This document shows positions 18,737-28,653 of a stretch of DNA of 64,000 bases, piece after piece. Location: assembly GCA_042216925.1 (NCBI GenBank), contig JBDGTJ010000012.1:1424-65423 (forward strand), in the 5' to 3' direction. The DNA comes from Halobacteriaceae archaeon (GTDB taxonomy: Archaea > Halobacteriota > Halobacteria > Halobacteriales > Halobacteriaceae). Position 1 is the stretch's first letter. Each line of letters starts with the position of its first letter. A program made the position numbers and the translations under genes. The notes under the pieces are model-generated. The model worked only from the letters and a program-made list of their open reading frames with translations. It ran no database searches and was not told the origin of the DNA.

Positions 18737-19669
18737 ATGTCCGCTGACGAAGGGTCCCCACCAGCCGTCGACGTCGACGGCGTGACCAAAGAATACGGCG
18801 ACGTGACAGCCCTCAAGGACCTTGATCTCACCGTCGAGAGCGGGGAGATCTACGGATTTCTCGGCCCGAACGGCGCCGGGAAGTCGACGACGATCGACAT
18901 CCTCCTCGATTTCGTCCGACCGACCAACGGGTCGGCGACGGTGCTCGGTCGAGATGTACGACAGGACTCCCTGGAGATACGACAACGCACGGGCGTCCTC
19001 CCCGAAGGGTTCCACGTCTACGACCGACTCACCGGACGCCAACACATCGAGTTCGCCATCCAGTCGAAAGGCGTCACCGACGATGCGGCCGCCATCCTCG
19101 ACCGCGTGAACATCGCAGACGCCGCCGATCGCAAGGCCGGCGGATACTCGAAAGGGATGAAACAACGGTTGGCGCTGGGCATGGCACTCGTCGGCGAACC
19201 CGAACTCCTCATCCTCGATGAACCATCCACCGGCCTCGACCCGAACGGCGCCCGAGAGATGCGGTCGGTCATCCGCGAGGAGAACGAGCGGGGCGCAACG
19301 GTGTTCTTCTCGAGTCACATCCTCGAACAGGTCGAAGCCGTCTGTGACCGCGTCGGCATCCTCCGCGAGGGCGAGCTCGTCGCCGAAGACAGCATCGAAG
19401 GCCTCCGTGACGCGGCCGGCACCGGCACGAAACTCCGGGTGACCGTCGATACGGTCACTGACGACATCCTCACAGCCCTCGACGATCTGCCGGGGGTCAC
19501 CGACGTCACGACATCCGCGTCGACGATCACCGTCACGACGACCGACGGCGCCAAGACCGAGGTGTTAGACGCCATCGAGTCCGCCGGGGCCACCGTCGAG
19601 GACTTCTCGACGGAGGAGACGAGCCTGGAGGAACTGTTTGCCACCTACACGGAGGGAGACCGCCAATGA
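18737..19669 (+). CDS. ABC transporter ATP-binding protein (ABC-2/CcmA-type)
   Basis: Internal ATG (MSADEGSPPAVDVDGVTKEYG...). Walker A GPNGAGKST, signature YSKGMKQRLAL and Walker B LILDEP. Confidence 0.92.
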   Translation: MSADEGSPPAVDVDGVTKEYGDVTALKDLDLTVESGEIYGFLGPNGAGKSTTIDILLDFVRPTNGSATVLGRDVRQDSLEIRQRTGVLPEGFHVYDRLTGRQHIEFAIQSKGVTDDAAAILDRVNIADAADRKAGGYSKGMKQRLALGMALVGEPELLILDEPSTGLDPNGAREMRSVIREENERGATVFFSSHILEQVEAVCDRVGILREGELVAEDSIEGLRDAAGTGTKLRVTVDTVTDDILTALDDLPGVTDVTTSASTITVTTTDGAKTEVLDAIESAGATVEDFSTEETSLEELFATYTEGDRQ

Positions 19670-20553
19670 GCTGGACCATCATCGCCCGCAAGGACTTCCG
19701 GGATGCGGTCCGATCCCGGACGCTGTGGGCACTGACCGTCGTGTACGTCCTGTTCATGGCGGGGTTCGCCTACCTGTACACGTTGATCCAGGACGCGGGC
19801 GCACCCCCGGGGTCGGGCCAACAGGAACAGGCGATCTTGGAGGCCGCGGACCTGGTGTTCTTCCTGCTGGGCCCGGTGGCGCTGTTGATTCCGTTGACCG
19901 CCCTCGTCATCGGGTACAAGTCACTCGCGGGTGAGGTCGAGAGCGGTAGCGGGAAGTTCCTCCTGTCCTTGCCACACACCCGACTCGATGCCGTCGTGGG
20001 GAAGGTGGTCGGCCGGACCGGCGTGCTCTGGCTTGCGATCCTCGTCGGAATCTTTGCGGCGGTCCTGATCATCGTCGGGCTCTACGATGAACTCGCGCTC
20101 GCGACCCTGGGGGTGTTCACGGTCGGGACGCTGCTGCTCGGCGGTGTCTACGTCAGCATCGCGGTCGGTCTCTCGGGGCTGACGAACAGCACCTCGCGGG
20201 CGACCGTGTATGCGGTGTCGTTTTTCGTGGTGTTCGAGATCGTCTGGGACTTCGTCCCGAACGCTCTGTACTACCTCACGAACGGGTCGTTCTTCCCGCC
20301 GTTCCTCCGGGGGGCACCCGGCGTCTACGACGCGCCGAGCTGGTATTACTTCGTCGGGATGCTGAGCCCCACCTCGGCGTACTCGACACTGGTCCAGGAC
20401 TTCGCCGGTGAGGGGACACTGAGCGTGGCGGCGGCCTTCCCCGAGGGATTGCCCGTCTACCTCACCGGATACGCCGGCCTGGCCATTATGGTGGCGTGGG
20501 CGGTGATTCCCGCTGCACTGGGATACTGGCGATTCCGCGAATCAGACCTCTGA
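19666..20553 (+). CDS. ABC-2 type transporter permease (second paralog)
   Basis: 295 aa (MSWTIIARKDFRDAVRSRT...). The start overlaps the ATPase stop (ATGA). Confidence 0.85.
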   Translation: MSWTIIARKDFRDAVRSRTLWALTVVYVLFMAGFAYLYTLIQDAGAPPGSGQQEQAILEAADLVFFLLGPVALLIPLTALVIGYKSLAGEVESGSGKFLLSLPHTRLDAVVGKVVGRTGVLWLAILVGIFAAVLIIVGLYDELALATLGVFTVGTLLLGGVYVSIAVGLSGLTNSTSRATVYAVSFFVVFEIVWDFVPNALYYLTNGSFFPPFLRGAPGVYDAPSWYYFVGMLSPTSAYSTLVQDFAGEGTLSVAAAFPEGLPVYLTGYAGLAIMVAWAVIPAALGYWRFRESDL

Positions 20554-20592
20554 CTCCCCAGGAAACCGATCGCGGTACCGTCGAGAAACGCG

Positions 20593-20709
20593 TCAGTAAT
20601 CAGGCGGATCGACTTCGGGAGCGGGCCCCTCATCGACACACCCGTCGTCGGCCTCGCCCTCCTCGTCCGCACGGATGAACGCGAGCAACGAGGGAAGTGT
20701 GCGAGCCAT
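20593..20709 (-). CDS. Possible 38-aa acidic micro-protein
   Basis: My translation gives MARTLPSLLAFIRADEEGEADDGCVDEGPAPEVDPPDY, within a 235-bp spacer. The evidence is only an ORF with haloarchaeal-like composition. Confidence 0.2.
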   Translation of the reverse strand: MARTLPSLLAFIRADEEGEADDGCVDEGPAPEVDPPDY

Positions 20710-20788
20710 ACCCAAACCTCAACCGGCGTCGGTCTTAAGCCTTCCTCCCCGGTCGACACCCCATCTGTACCCACGGGGTGGTGCCGCC

Positions 20789-21997
20789 CTACGGCGGTTT
20801 GAATCGATCGGTGACCGTCTCGGCGATGGACTCCCCGAACGGGAGGGAGGCCGTCAAGCCCGGCGAGACCGCGTTCAACACGTGGGTGGACCTGGGTCCG
20901 TGTTCGACGATCGGGTCGTCGACGAGGACGCCGTCCCGTCGGACGACCTGGGCGCGGATCCCCGCGTAGCTGTCGACGAGGTCCGCACTGTCGAGGTCCG
21001 GGACGAGTGACCGGGCGGCAGCCACGAACCGCTCGTGTCGGTAGGTCTTGTGGAGTTCCGCGATGGCCACGCGGAGCATCTGTGGATCGGCGAACAACCG
21101 CCAGAACCCGGTGTACCCCAGCGTGGCCGCGAGATCAGAGAGGTCGATCTCCCATCGCCCGTAGGCCTCTCGCCCCCCGGCGAGGACGGCGTTCGGGCCG
21201 ACGATGACGCGATCGTCGACCCGGCGGGTGAAATGCACCCCGAGGAACGGGAGATCCGGGTCAGGCGTTGGGTAGATCATCGATTGGCACAGCGGCCGTC
21301 GGTCGGGGACCAGTTCCCGGTACTCACCCCGGAACGGGACGATCCGGTAGGCCGACCCGATACCGAGGCGGTGAGCGATGCGGTCGGCCCCGAGGCCGGC
21401 TGCGTTGATCAGGTACCTCGCTGATATCTGTCCTTTCGAGGTCGTGAGTGAGAACTCCGTGTCGGTGTCGGTGACGGCTGTGAGTTCCGCACCGAGATAG
21501 AACGTGACCCCCGCGTCCCGAGCATCACGGGCGAGGGCGTAGACGTACTGGCGCGCGTCGATCGATGCCGCCGCCGGACAGTGGAGGGCTGCTTCCCCGA
21601 CAGCATGGGGTTCCAACGTGGCCAATCGGTCCTTGCCTACGATCTCTGCGGGGACACCATTGGCCGCCGCTTGGTCCTCGAGGGTCTCCAACCGGTCTCG
21701 CTCTGCGTTCGTCGTCGCCACGACGACGACACCCACCTCCTCGAGGGGAACGCCCCGCTCCCGACAGTACCGCTTGGCCCGACGCGTTCCAGCCGTACTG
21801 AACTCGGCTTTCACCGACCCGGGTTCGTAGTTGAATCCCGGGTGGAGCACGCCGGAGTTCCGGCCGCTCTGATGGGTGGCGACGGCCTCCTCTTTCTCGA
21901 TGAGACAGACGTCCAGCTCGGTCGCGTCCGCGAGGTGCCAGGCGGTCGAACAACCGATCGCCCCGCCGCCGACGACCGCTACGTCGTGGTCGGGCAT
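20789..21997 (-). CDS. lhgO: L-2-hydroxyglutarate oxidase/dehydrogenase (FAD-dependent)
   Basis: VAVVGGGAIGCSTA is the dinucleotide-binding fold, and HQSGRNSGVLHPGFNY is the LhgO signature. The protein is 402 aa. Confidence 0.85.
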   Translation of the reverse strand: MPDHDVAVVGGGAIGCSTAWHLADATELDVCLIEKEEAVATHQSGRNSGVLHPGFNYEPGSVKAEFSTAGTRRAKRYCRERGVPLEEVGVVVVATTNAERDRLETLEDQAAANGVPAEIVGKDRLATLEPHAVGEAALHCPAAASIDARQYVYALARDARDAGVTFYLGAELTAVTDTDTEFSLTTSKGQISARYLINAAGLGADRIAHRLGIGSAYRIVPFRGEYRELVPDRRPLCQSMIYPTPDPDLPFLGVHFTRRVDDRVIVGPNAVLAGGREAYGRWEIDLSDLAATLGYTGFWRLFADPQMLRVAIAELHKTYRHERFVAAARSLVPDLDSADLVDSYAGIRAQVVRRDGVLVDDPIVEHGPRSTHVLNAVSPGLTASLPFGESIAETVTDRFKPP

Positions 21998-22212
21998 CGC
22001 TGGTCATCGCCTCGCCGACCGGTTCAGTGCTTCGCCCGTCGTTCCGGACACGACCGGAAGGTTGGACCCACCCGGGGGACTCGGGACGGGATGGTGCATA
22101 TCGAGGGGGGCACGGACCCCTCGTTCCCTCCCGCGTCGAAAACTTCCCGGAACCTGAAGACTTATATTAAATCCTGTGGTAGTGACAGTGGTTGTCAACG
22201 GATTGGCAGCAT

Positions 22213-23001
22213 ATGCCACAGACCGAACACGAACGAGCGGCCGACGAACTCGTCTCACTCCTCGCCAGACGCATCGAGGTCCTCGAGTGTCTCCTCGACG
22301 AGACGATGACCCGACCGGAACTCGTCGACGAACTCGAGATCTCGCGGTCGACGGTGGACCGGTCCGTCCGCGAACTCGAGGGCATGGGCCTCCTCGAGTT
22401 CCACGACGGGACCTACCGCGCCTCACTCCCCGGCCGCCTCGCCCACACCGAGTACGCGGAACTCCGGGAGGAACTGGTCACCGTCGAGGAGGCGGCCGAC
22501 CTCCTTGCGGTCCTCCCGCCCGACGCCCCACTTGACCTCGACGTGCTGCGCGGCGCCGAAGTCGTCGTCGCCACCGAACCAGCCCCCCACGTCCCCGGTT
22601 CCCGGATCCCCGACCTCCTCGAGAACGCCGACCACGTCCGCAGCCTCTCGACGGCGTTGACCACACCATCGACGGGAGACATCATCGCCGACGGCGTCCT
22701 CAACCACGAGATGACCATCGAGGTCGTCTTCGAACAGGATCTCTACCGGTACCTCCACGACTCGGGCCCGATGGATCTCGAGGTCCTGGCAGCGACAGAC
22801 CGCTTCCACCAGTGGGTCGTCGACACCTTACCGTTCGGGCTGTTGATCATCGAACGCGACGGTGACCGCCAGGTCTGTCTGGCCATCTACGATGCGGACC
22901 AGACCCTCGAGGGCATCATTATCAACGACAGCGACGCCGCGATCACGTGGGCCGCTTCCGTGTTCCGCAGCTATCGGGAAGCGGCCACTCCGACCGACTA
23001 A
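22213..23001 (+). CDS. Winged-helix transcriptional regulator with DUF1724-like C-terminal domain
   Basis: ATG at 22213 (MPQTEHERAADELVSLLARRIEVLECLLDETMTRPELVDELEISRSTVDRSVRELEGMGLL...). It has an N-terminal wHTH and a C-terminal domain like those of FilR1/DUF1724 archaeal regulators. Confidence 0.8.
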   Translation: MPQTEHERAADELVSLLARRIEVLECLLDETMTRPELVDELEISRSTVDRSVRELEGMGLLEFHDGTYRASLPGRLAHTEYAELREELVTVEEAADLLAVLPPDAPLDLDVLRGAEVVVATEPAPHVPGSRIPDLLENADHVRSLSTALTTPSTGDIIADGVLNHEMTIEVVFEQDLYRYLHDSGPMDLEVLAATDRFHQWVVDTLPFGLLIIERDGDRQVCLAIYDADQTLEGIIINDSDAAITWAASVFRSYREAATPTD

Positions 23002-24791
23002 CCTGTCTCGAGTTCGAACCGCGCGCCACCAGCCCGGGACTCGGTGATCGAGACCGTCCACCCGTGGGAGGTGGCGATGCGGTCGACGATAGCGAGGCCG
23101 AATCCCGTCCCGTCGTCGGCCGTCGTCATCCCCCGTTCGAAGACCGTATCCCGTTCGTCCTCGGGGATGCCGGGACCGTCGTCGGCGACGTAGAACCCCT
23201 CCGAATCGGAGAGGCGCCCCACCCACACGGTGACACTCCCCTGTGTCGACCCGTGTTCGACGCTGTTCCGGAACAGGTTCTCGAACAGTGTCAGTAACTG
23301 ACTCGAGTCCGCGATGACGGTGCCGAGGTCGGTCGTCGTCTCCAGCGTTCCAACGCCGTCGTCGATGGATGCCCAGGCCCGGGTGACGACCTCCCGGAGG
23401 GGGACCTGGCTCGGATTGTCGACACCGGTCTCTCCCCGGACGAGGGTGAGGACGTCCCCGACGAGTTGATCCATCCGGTCGACGGCGGCCCGTGCCTCCG
23501 CGAGATGGTCGTGTTCACCCTCACACTCCTCGGCTGCCAACGCGAGGCGACCGTCGACGACGTTCAGCGGCGTGCGGATGTCGTGGGACAACATGCTCGC
23601 AAACTCGGAGAGCCGTTCGTTGCGCGCCGCGAGGTCCCGTTCGATCTCCTTCTGATCGGTGATGTCGGTGTAGACACCGACCTCCTGTGGCCCCGTCTGG
23701 GTCTCCATCACCGTCGCGCGTAACAGGAAATCACGGGGGCCCTCGGCGGTCTCCCGCCGGACGGTCCGTTGGACGACGGCGTCGGGGTCTGCGAGCTCGT
23801 CGATGTCGATCGGGTCGGCATCGTCGGGGACGATGAACGCATCGATCGACTCCCCGACCACGGTCTCCATGTCGTACCCGAACGTCTCCTCGAAGGCGGC
23901 GTTGACCGTATGGACGATGGGTTTGTCGTCGACCCGTTCGGCGATCACGACCGGGTCGGGGATGGTCTCGAACAGGGTGGTGAACCGCTCTCGCTCCTGG
24001 GTGGCCTCCCCGGTGTGGGGAGCGATGAACCCAACCAACGCCTCGAGGCCTTCGGGGCCGAAGACGCCCCGGCCACGTTCCCAGACCCAACGGCGATCGC
24101 CTGCTGCCGTCTCGATGGGGTAGGCGATCTCGAACGGTCGCCGGTCGGCTACGGCATCCTGGACCACTTCCCAGATGAAATCGTCGCGGTCCTCCGCGAT
24201 GACATCCTCGCCCCAGGACCGCTCGCCAGCGACGATGGTCTCGGGGTCGTACCCGGTCACCTCGACGGTCTCGTCGCTGAGATACTCCATTGGCCAACCA
24301 CGGTCGTTCTTGGCGCGGTAGACGATGCCGGGCAACTCGTCGACGAGGGCGTCGTAGCGCACACCGCCATCGACGGGCATGGCCTGACGGGTGACCGATC
24401 GTATGCACTCGACGGCGGCGTCAGCCCCCTCGTCGGCGGGGATGTACTCGGTGACCCCGGCTGAGATGGCGTCGCTGGCCAGGGTCTCGGTGCCGTTGCG
24501 GGGCCACAGCACGAACGGGATCGCCGGTTCTCGCCGTCGCACTGCGTCGAGTAACGCCAGGCCGTCCCCATCTTCGAGCGTGTCGCCACTGACGAGGCAA
24601 TCGACGTCGCGGTCCTCGAGGCACTCAATCGCCGATCGGACACCACTCGCCGATAGGGTGGAGTAGCCGGCGGCGTCGAGTACCGCCGCCCGGTCGGAGC
24701 GGACGCTGGCGGCTGCGTGAACGACCAGTACCGTCACTGAATGGTCCCCCGACCCGCCCCCGGACATACTGTCTGTAGACCGCGGTCTCAC
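22998..24791 (-). CDS. Sensor histidine kinase with N-terminal (degenerate) receiver and two PAS domains
   Basis: H-box SHDIRTPLN, N-box LFRNSVEHG, G1 DDGPGIP and G2 GTGFGLAIV. PAS-like regions lie in the middle, and there is a receiver-like N-terminus. The alternative start MSGGGS is at 24767. The stop overlaps the regulator stop (CTAA). Confidence 0.9.
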   Translation of the reverse strand: MRPRSTDSMSGGGSGDHSVTVLVVHAAASVRSDRAAVLDAAGYSTLSASGVRSAIECLEDRDVDCLVSGDTLEDGDGLALLDAVRRREPAIPFVLWPRNGTETLASDAISAGVTEYIPADEGADAAVECIRSVTRQAMPVDGGVRYDALVDELPGIVYRAKNDRGWPMEYLSDETVEVTGYDPETIVAGERSWGEDVIAEDRDDFIWEVVQDAVADRRPFEIAYPIETAAGDRRWVWERGRGVFGPEGLEALVGFIAPHTGEATQERERFTTLFETIPDPVVIAERVDDKPIVHTVNAAFEETFGYDMETVVGESIDAFIVPDDADPIDIDELADPDAVVQRTVRRETAEGPRDFLLRATVMETQTGPQEVGVYTDITDQKEIERDLAARNERLSEFASMLSHDIRTPLNVVDGRLALAAEECEGEHDHLAEARAAVDRMDQLVGDVLTLVRGETGVDNPSQVPLREVVTRAWASIDDGVGTLETTTDLGTVIADSSQLLTLFENLFRNSVEHGSTQGSVTVWVGRLSDSEGFYVADDGPGIPEDERDTVFERGMTTADDGTGFGLAIVDRIATSHGWTVSITESRAGGARFELETG

Positions 24792-24820
24792 TCAAGAATC
24801 TTCCGCCCAAACCCGGGGGA

Positions 24821-26050
24821 GTGGGCTGCCGATTCCGGCGGCCTCAAGTGACCGCAGCGGCGACTCCGCGTGTGAGCGACGTCGGATCTGCGGACGAATC
24901 GCTGCTCTCCGGATACGAGGGCCGGTTGCTGCTTGCTGTGTCTGTCGGGTGGCTGGCCATCCAGGGCGGCCGATTGGTCCTGTCGCCGATGCTGCCAGAG
25001 GTCAAAGCCGACATCGGGATGTCCGACACGCAGGCCGGCTTCGCGTTCACGGTGATCTGGGGGCTGTACGCGTTACTCCAGTACCCGAGCGGCCGGTTGT
25101 CGGATGTGCTCTCGCGGAAACTGTTACTGGTCGCCGGCCTCGGACTGGTGTCGGTTGGGTTCCTGGTGCTGGGGACCGCTCCCGGGTACCTGGTGTTCCT
25201 CGGGGGCGCGGCCATCGTCGGGGTGGGTGCCGGGCTCTACCCGACGGCAGCCCGGGCACTGGTGTCGGATCTGTTCGTCGAGCGACGGGGTCAGGCGTTC
25301 GGATTGCACACGGCGTCCGGGGACCTCGGCGGCGTCTCCGCTGCGGGGTTGGCTGCGGTCGTCCTCGCCGTCGCGGTGTGGCGGATGGTCTACCTGCCCA
25401 TCGTGATCGCGGTGTTGTTGGTCGCTCTCGCGCTCCACGTCTGGCACCGAGAGGAGTACGCGGTGGGTCGTGCGGACCTGGCGGTGCGGGCGACCGCCCA
25501 CCGACTCGTCGGGACACCAGCCGTCCGGCGGCTCCTCATCGCGTACGCGCTGTACGCGTTCGTCTGGCAGGCCGCGACCGGATTTCTGCCAACCTACCTC
25601 GAACAGGGGAAACACCTCCCCTCGTCGGTCGCGACCGCGTCCTTTGCCCTGTTGTTCGGGGTCGGTGTCGTCGTGAAACCGGTGGCGGGGTCGCTCAGCG
25701 ACCGGATCCCCCGTGCGGTGTTGGCCCCGACGGTCAGCGGCATCGGTGCGCTGGCACTGGTGACCGTGGTTTTCGCTGATTCGAGTGGGACGGTCCTCTT
25801 GGCGACGACGGTGTTCGCCGCGGGGCTCATGGCGTTCCCACCGGTGATGCAGGCGTATCTCATGGACACGTTTCCCGCGGCCAGCGCCGGGGGAGACCTG
25901 GGGGCGACCCGGTCGGTGTACATCGGACTCGGGTCGTTTGGCACCACCTACGTCGGCGGCGTCGCCGATCTCCTCAGTTATCGGGTGGCGTTCCTCGGGT
26001 TGGCCGCGATGCTGGCGCTGAGTGCCATCACCGTTGGGACAACGCGGTGA
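24821..26050 (+). CDS. MFS transporter
   Basis: About 12 TM helices, with the MFS motif GRLSDVLSRK between TM2 and TM3. The exact start is uncertain (GTG 24821 or downstream). Confidence 0.85.
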   Translation: MGCRFRRPQVTAAATPRVSDVGSADESLLSGYEGRLLLAVSVGWLAIQGGRLVLSPMLPEVKADIGMSDTQAGFAFTVIWGLYALLQYPSGRLSDVLSRKLLLVAGLGLVSVGFLVLGTAPGYLVFLGGAAIVGVGAGLYPTAARALVSDLFVERRGQAFGLHTASGDLGGVSAAGLAAVVLAVAVWRMVYLPIVIAVLLVALALHVWHREEYAVGRADLAVRATAHRLVGTPAVRRLLIAYALYAFVWQAATGFLPTYLEQGKHLPSSVATASFALLFGVGVVVKPVAGSLSDRIPRAVLAPTVSGIGALALVTVVFADSSGTVLLATTVFAAGLMAFPPVMQAYLMDTFPAASAGGDLGATRSVYIGLGSFGTTYVGGVADLLSYRVAFLGLAAMLALSAITVGTTR

Positions 26051-26051
26051 G

Positions 26052-27305
26052 TCACTCGAGGGCGGCGAGGACGCTGTCGACGTCGGCCGCGACCGGTGTC
26101 GGTGTGGTGCCGACCGCGACGGCCTCGTCCGGGTCCTTGAGCGCGTGTCCGGTCGCCAGGCACACGACACGCTCGTCGCTGTCGACGACGCCCGCGGCTC
26201 GCAACTCGCGGAGCCCGGCCAGTCCTGTGGCACTCGCCGGTTCGACGCCGACCCCGGCCGCAGCCAGGTCCCGTTGGGCGGTCGCGATCTCGTCGTCTGT
26301 GATGGCGACCGCCGTGCCACCCGTCGCCCTGATGCCCGGCAACGCTTTCGGGCCGTTCACCGGATCGCCGATCCGGATCGCTGTCGCCCGCGTCTCGACG
26401 TCCGTCCACGGCGTCACCCGGTCGGCGCCGGCCTGCACGGCCTCCACGAACGGGGCGGCCCCAGTGGCCTGGACCCCGGTGAGCGCCGGCATCTCCTCGC
26501 GTGTCATCGCCCCGGCGGCGACGAGCTCCCGGAAGGCCTTGTACAACGCGGCGGTGTTCCCCGCATTCCCCACCGGTAACACGATTCGGTCGGGCCACGC
26601 CCCGGTCGCGGCCCGGGCCTGTTCGAGGATCTCGAGTCCGATCGTCTTCTGGCCTTCGAGCCGGAACGGGTTCAGGGAGTTCAACAGGTACGCCTCACCC
26701 GATTCGGTCAGGTCCCGAACCAGGTCCAGGCACGCATCGAAGTCCCCGTCGACCTCGAGTATCTCGGCGCCATGCAAGGCGGCCTGGGCAACCTTCCCTG
26801 CGGCGACCTTCCCCGCCGGTAACAACACGAGTGTGGGGTAGTCCGCCCGCGCCCCATAACAGGCGAGTGCGGCGCTGGTGTTGCCCGTGCTGGCACAGGC
26901 CAACCGGTCGACCCCGACCCGATCTGCGACGGCGACCCCGACGGTCATCCCCCGGTCTTTGAAACTGCCGGTCGGGTTCAACCCCTCGTGTTTCACGCGG
27001 AGGTCGGCCACGTCGACCGTGGCGGCGAGTTCGGGGACGTCGACGAGTGGCGTCTCCCCTTCGCCGACGGTGACACCAGTTCCAACCGGGAGCACCTCCC
27101 GATATCGCCACACACCGTCGCCCGCGAAATCGTCGAAGCCTGCGTAGCTGTCGTACCGCACTTCCAGCAACCCGTCACACGACGGGCACGTGTACCGCAC
27201 GGCGTCGAACGGTGGGGTCGTGGTACCACACTCGATGCAGGTCAGCCACACGCCGTCGTCGGCCACGTCCGGGTCCGCCCCGGGGGAGAGCGAAAGGTCG
27301 GTCAT
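26052..27305 (-). CDS. thrC: Threonine synthase
   Basis: It has the N-terminal Zn-ribbon CIECG...CPSCDG of archaeal ThrC, the PLP lysine motif PTGSFKDRG, and a length of 417 aa. Confidence 0.92.
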   Translation of the reverse strand: MTDLSLSPGADPDVADDGVWLTCIECGTTTPPFDAVRYTCPSCDGLLEVRYDSYAGFDDFAGDGVWRYREVLPVGTGVTVGEGETPLVDVPELAATVDVADLRVKHEGLNPTGSFKDRGMTVGVAVADRVGVDRLACASTGNTSAALACYGARADYPTLVLLPAGKVAAGKVAQAALHGAEILEVDGDFDACLDLVRDLTESGEAYLLNSLNPFRLEGQKTIGLEILEQARAATGAWPDRIVLPVGNAGNTAALYKAFRELVAAGAMTREEMPALTGVQATGAAPFVEAVQAGADRVTPWTDVETRATAIRIGDPVNGPKALPGIRATGGTAVAITDDEIATAQRDLAAAGVGVEPASATGLAGLRELRAAGVVDSDERVVCLATGHALKDPDEAVAVGTTPTPVAADVDSVLAALE

Positions 27306-27338
27306 GGGTGACCCCCACCACCGGGTCGGTGTCGCGGG

Positions 27339-28634
27339 TCAGGCATCGCGGAGGTAGGTGGTGACCGCGTCGGCGAGGACGCGGCGGGCGGTCTCGACGT
27401 CGGCCCACTCGATGGTCTCGTCGGGGAAGTGTGCCTGTTCGATGGTGCCGGGGCCGAACATCACTGTCGGGATGCCGGCGGCGAGGTAGTGGCGACTGTC
27501 TGCACCGTAGGTCGCCCCCAACGGCTCGGTGGCCGTTTGGTCGTTGGCCTGCATCGCTGCCTGGACCGCGTCGACGACGGGTTCGTCCTCGTCGACGACG
27601 GCGGGTTCGAACTGCACGGAGAACCGCTCGAAGGCCGGTGGATGGTCGGCCAACCACTCGCTGTCGGCGACGACGGCCGCGAGTCGCTCCTCGAAGGCCG
27701 CTTCGACCTCGTCGACGGTCTCGCCGGGCGCGACGCCCAACCTGAGTTCAGCGACGAGGTCCGCTGGGACACTGGACGCCCACGCCCCCGCGTTGACCGT
27801 GCCAACGTTGACCGGCCACGGATTGTCGAAGCGCTCGTACAGCGGATGGGTGACCGAGGTGGCGCGCTCGGCCTCGAGGTCCATGAACGCCTCGTAGATC
27901 GCGATGAAATGCGGGAGGACCGACTCGCCCCGCCACCGGGTCGCAGCGTGGGCCGACCGCCCCGTCAACTGCAGTCGTTTCATGACACTTCCCTCCGCGG
28001 CCGTGTACGGACGGAGTTGGGTCGGTTCGCCGACGATCGCGGCGTCACGGTCGAACAGGTAGGGGTTCTGGAGGGCCGCCATCGTCGCACCGATCCCACC
28101 GGCTTCCTCGTCGACGACGGACTCGACGACGACCCGACCGTCCAGTGACACCGCGCCGGATTCGACCCGGTCCCGGACGTCGAGGGCGGCGAACAGACAC
28201 GCCGCCAGCGACGATTTCATGTCGGCGGCCCCACGCGCCCGCAACCGGGCACCGTCGTCGAGCCACGTCGCCTCGAACGGCGGACTGGTCCAGGACTGTT
28301 CCTCGACGGGGACGACGTCGACGTGCCCGTTCAACACCAGGGTCTCGCCTGCATCAGGATCCCCGAACTCGAGGACACCGCCGACACTCGGTCGGTCGGC
28401 GACGTCGATGGCGGTGGGGTCGTCCGGGAACGACGGATGGTCGGCCAACCGTTCGGCGTCGCCCTCCCACGTGTACGTCTCGAACCCGAACCCCTGTAAC
28501 TGGTCCTCGAACCATGATTGGGCGGGCCCTTCGGCGCCGGTCACCGATTCGAAGCGGATCAACTCCTCGACGAATTCCCGAAGGGACCGACCACCGGATG
28601 CTGCCATATCCCCGCCGACTCCCTGCCCGGGCAA
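27339..28634 (-). CDS. M20 family metallopeptidase (ArgE/DapE-like deacylase)
   Basis: LVLNGHVDVVP, RGAADMKS and VVDEEAGG are M20 metal-ligand motifs. The likely true start is MAASGG at 28607. Confidence 0.85.
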   Translation of the reverse strand: MPGQGVGGDMAASGGRSLREFVEELIRFESVTGAEGPAQSWFEDQLQGFGFETYTWEGDAERLADHPSFPDDPTAIDVADRPSVGGVLEFGDPDAGETLVLNGHVDVVPVEEQSWTSPPFEATWLDDGARLRARGAADMKSSLAACLFAALDVRDRVESGAVSLDGRVVVESVVDEEAGGIGATMAALQNPYLFDRDAAIVGEPTQLRPYTAAEGSVMKRLQLTGRSAHAATRWRGESVLPHFIAIYEAFMDLEAERATSVTHPLYERFDNPWPVNVGTVNAGAWASSVPADLVAELRLGVAPGETVDEVEAAFEERLAAVVADSEWLADHPPAFERFSVQFEPAVVDEDEPVVDAVQAAMQANDQTATEPLGATYGADSRHYLAAGIPTVMFGPGTIEQAHFPDETIEWADVETARRVLADAVTTYLRDA

Positions 28635-28653
28635 AAACGCCCCGGTCGGCCCC

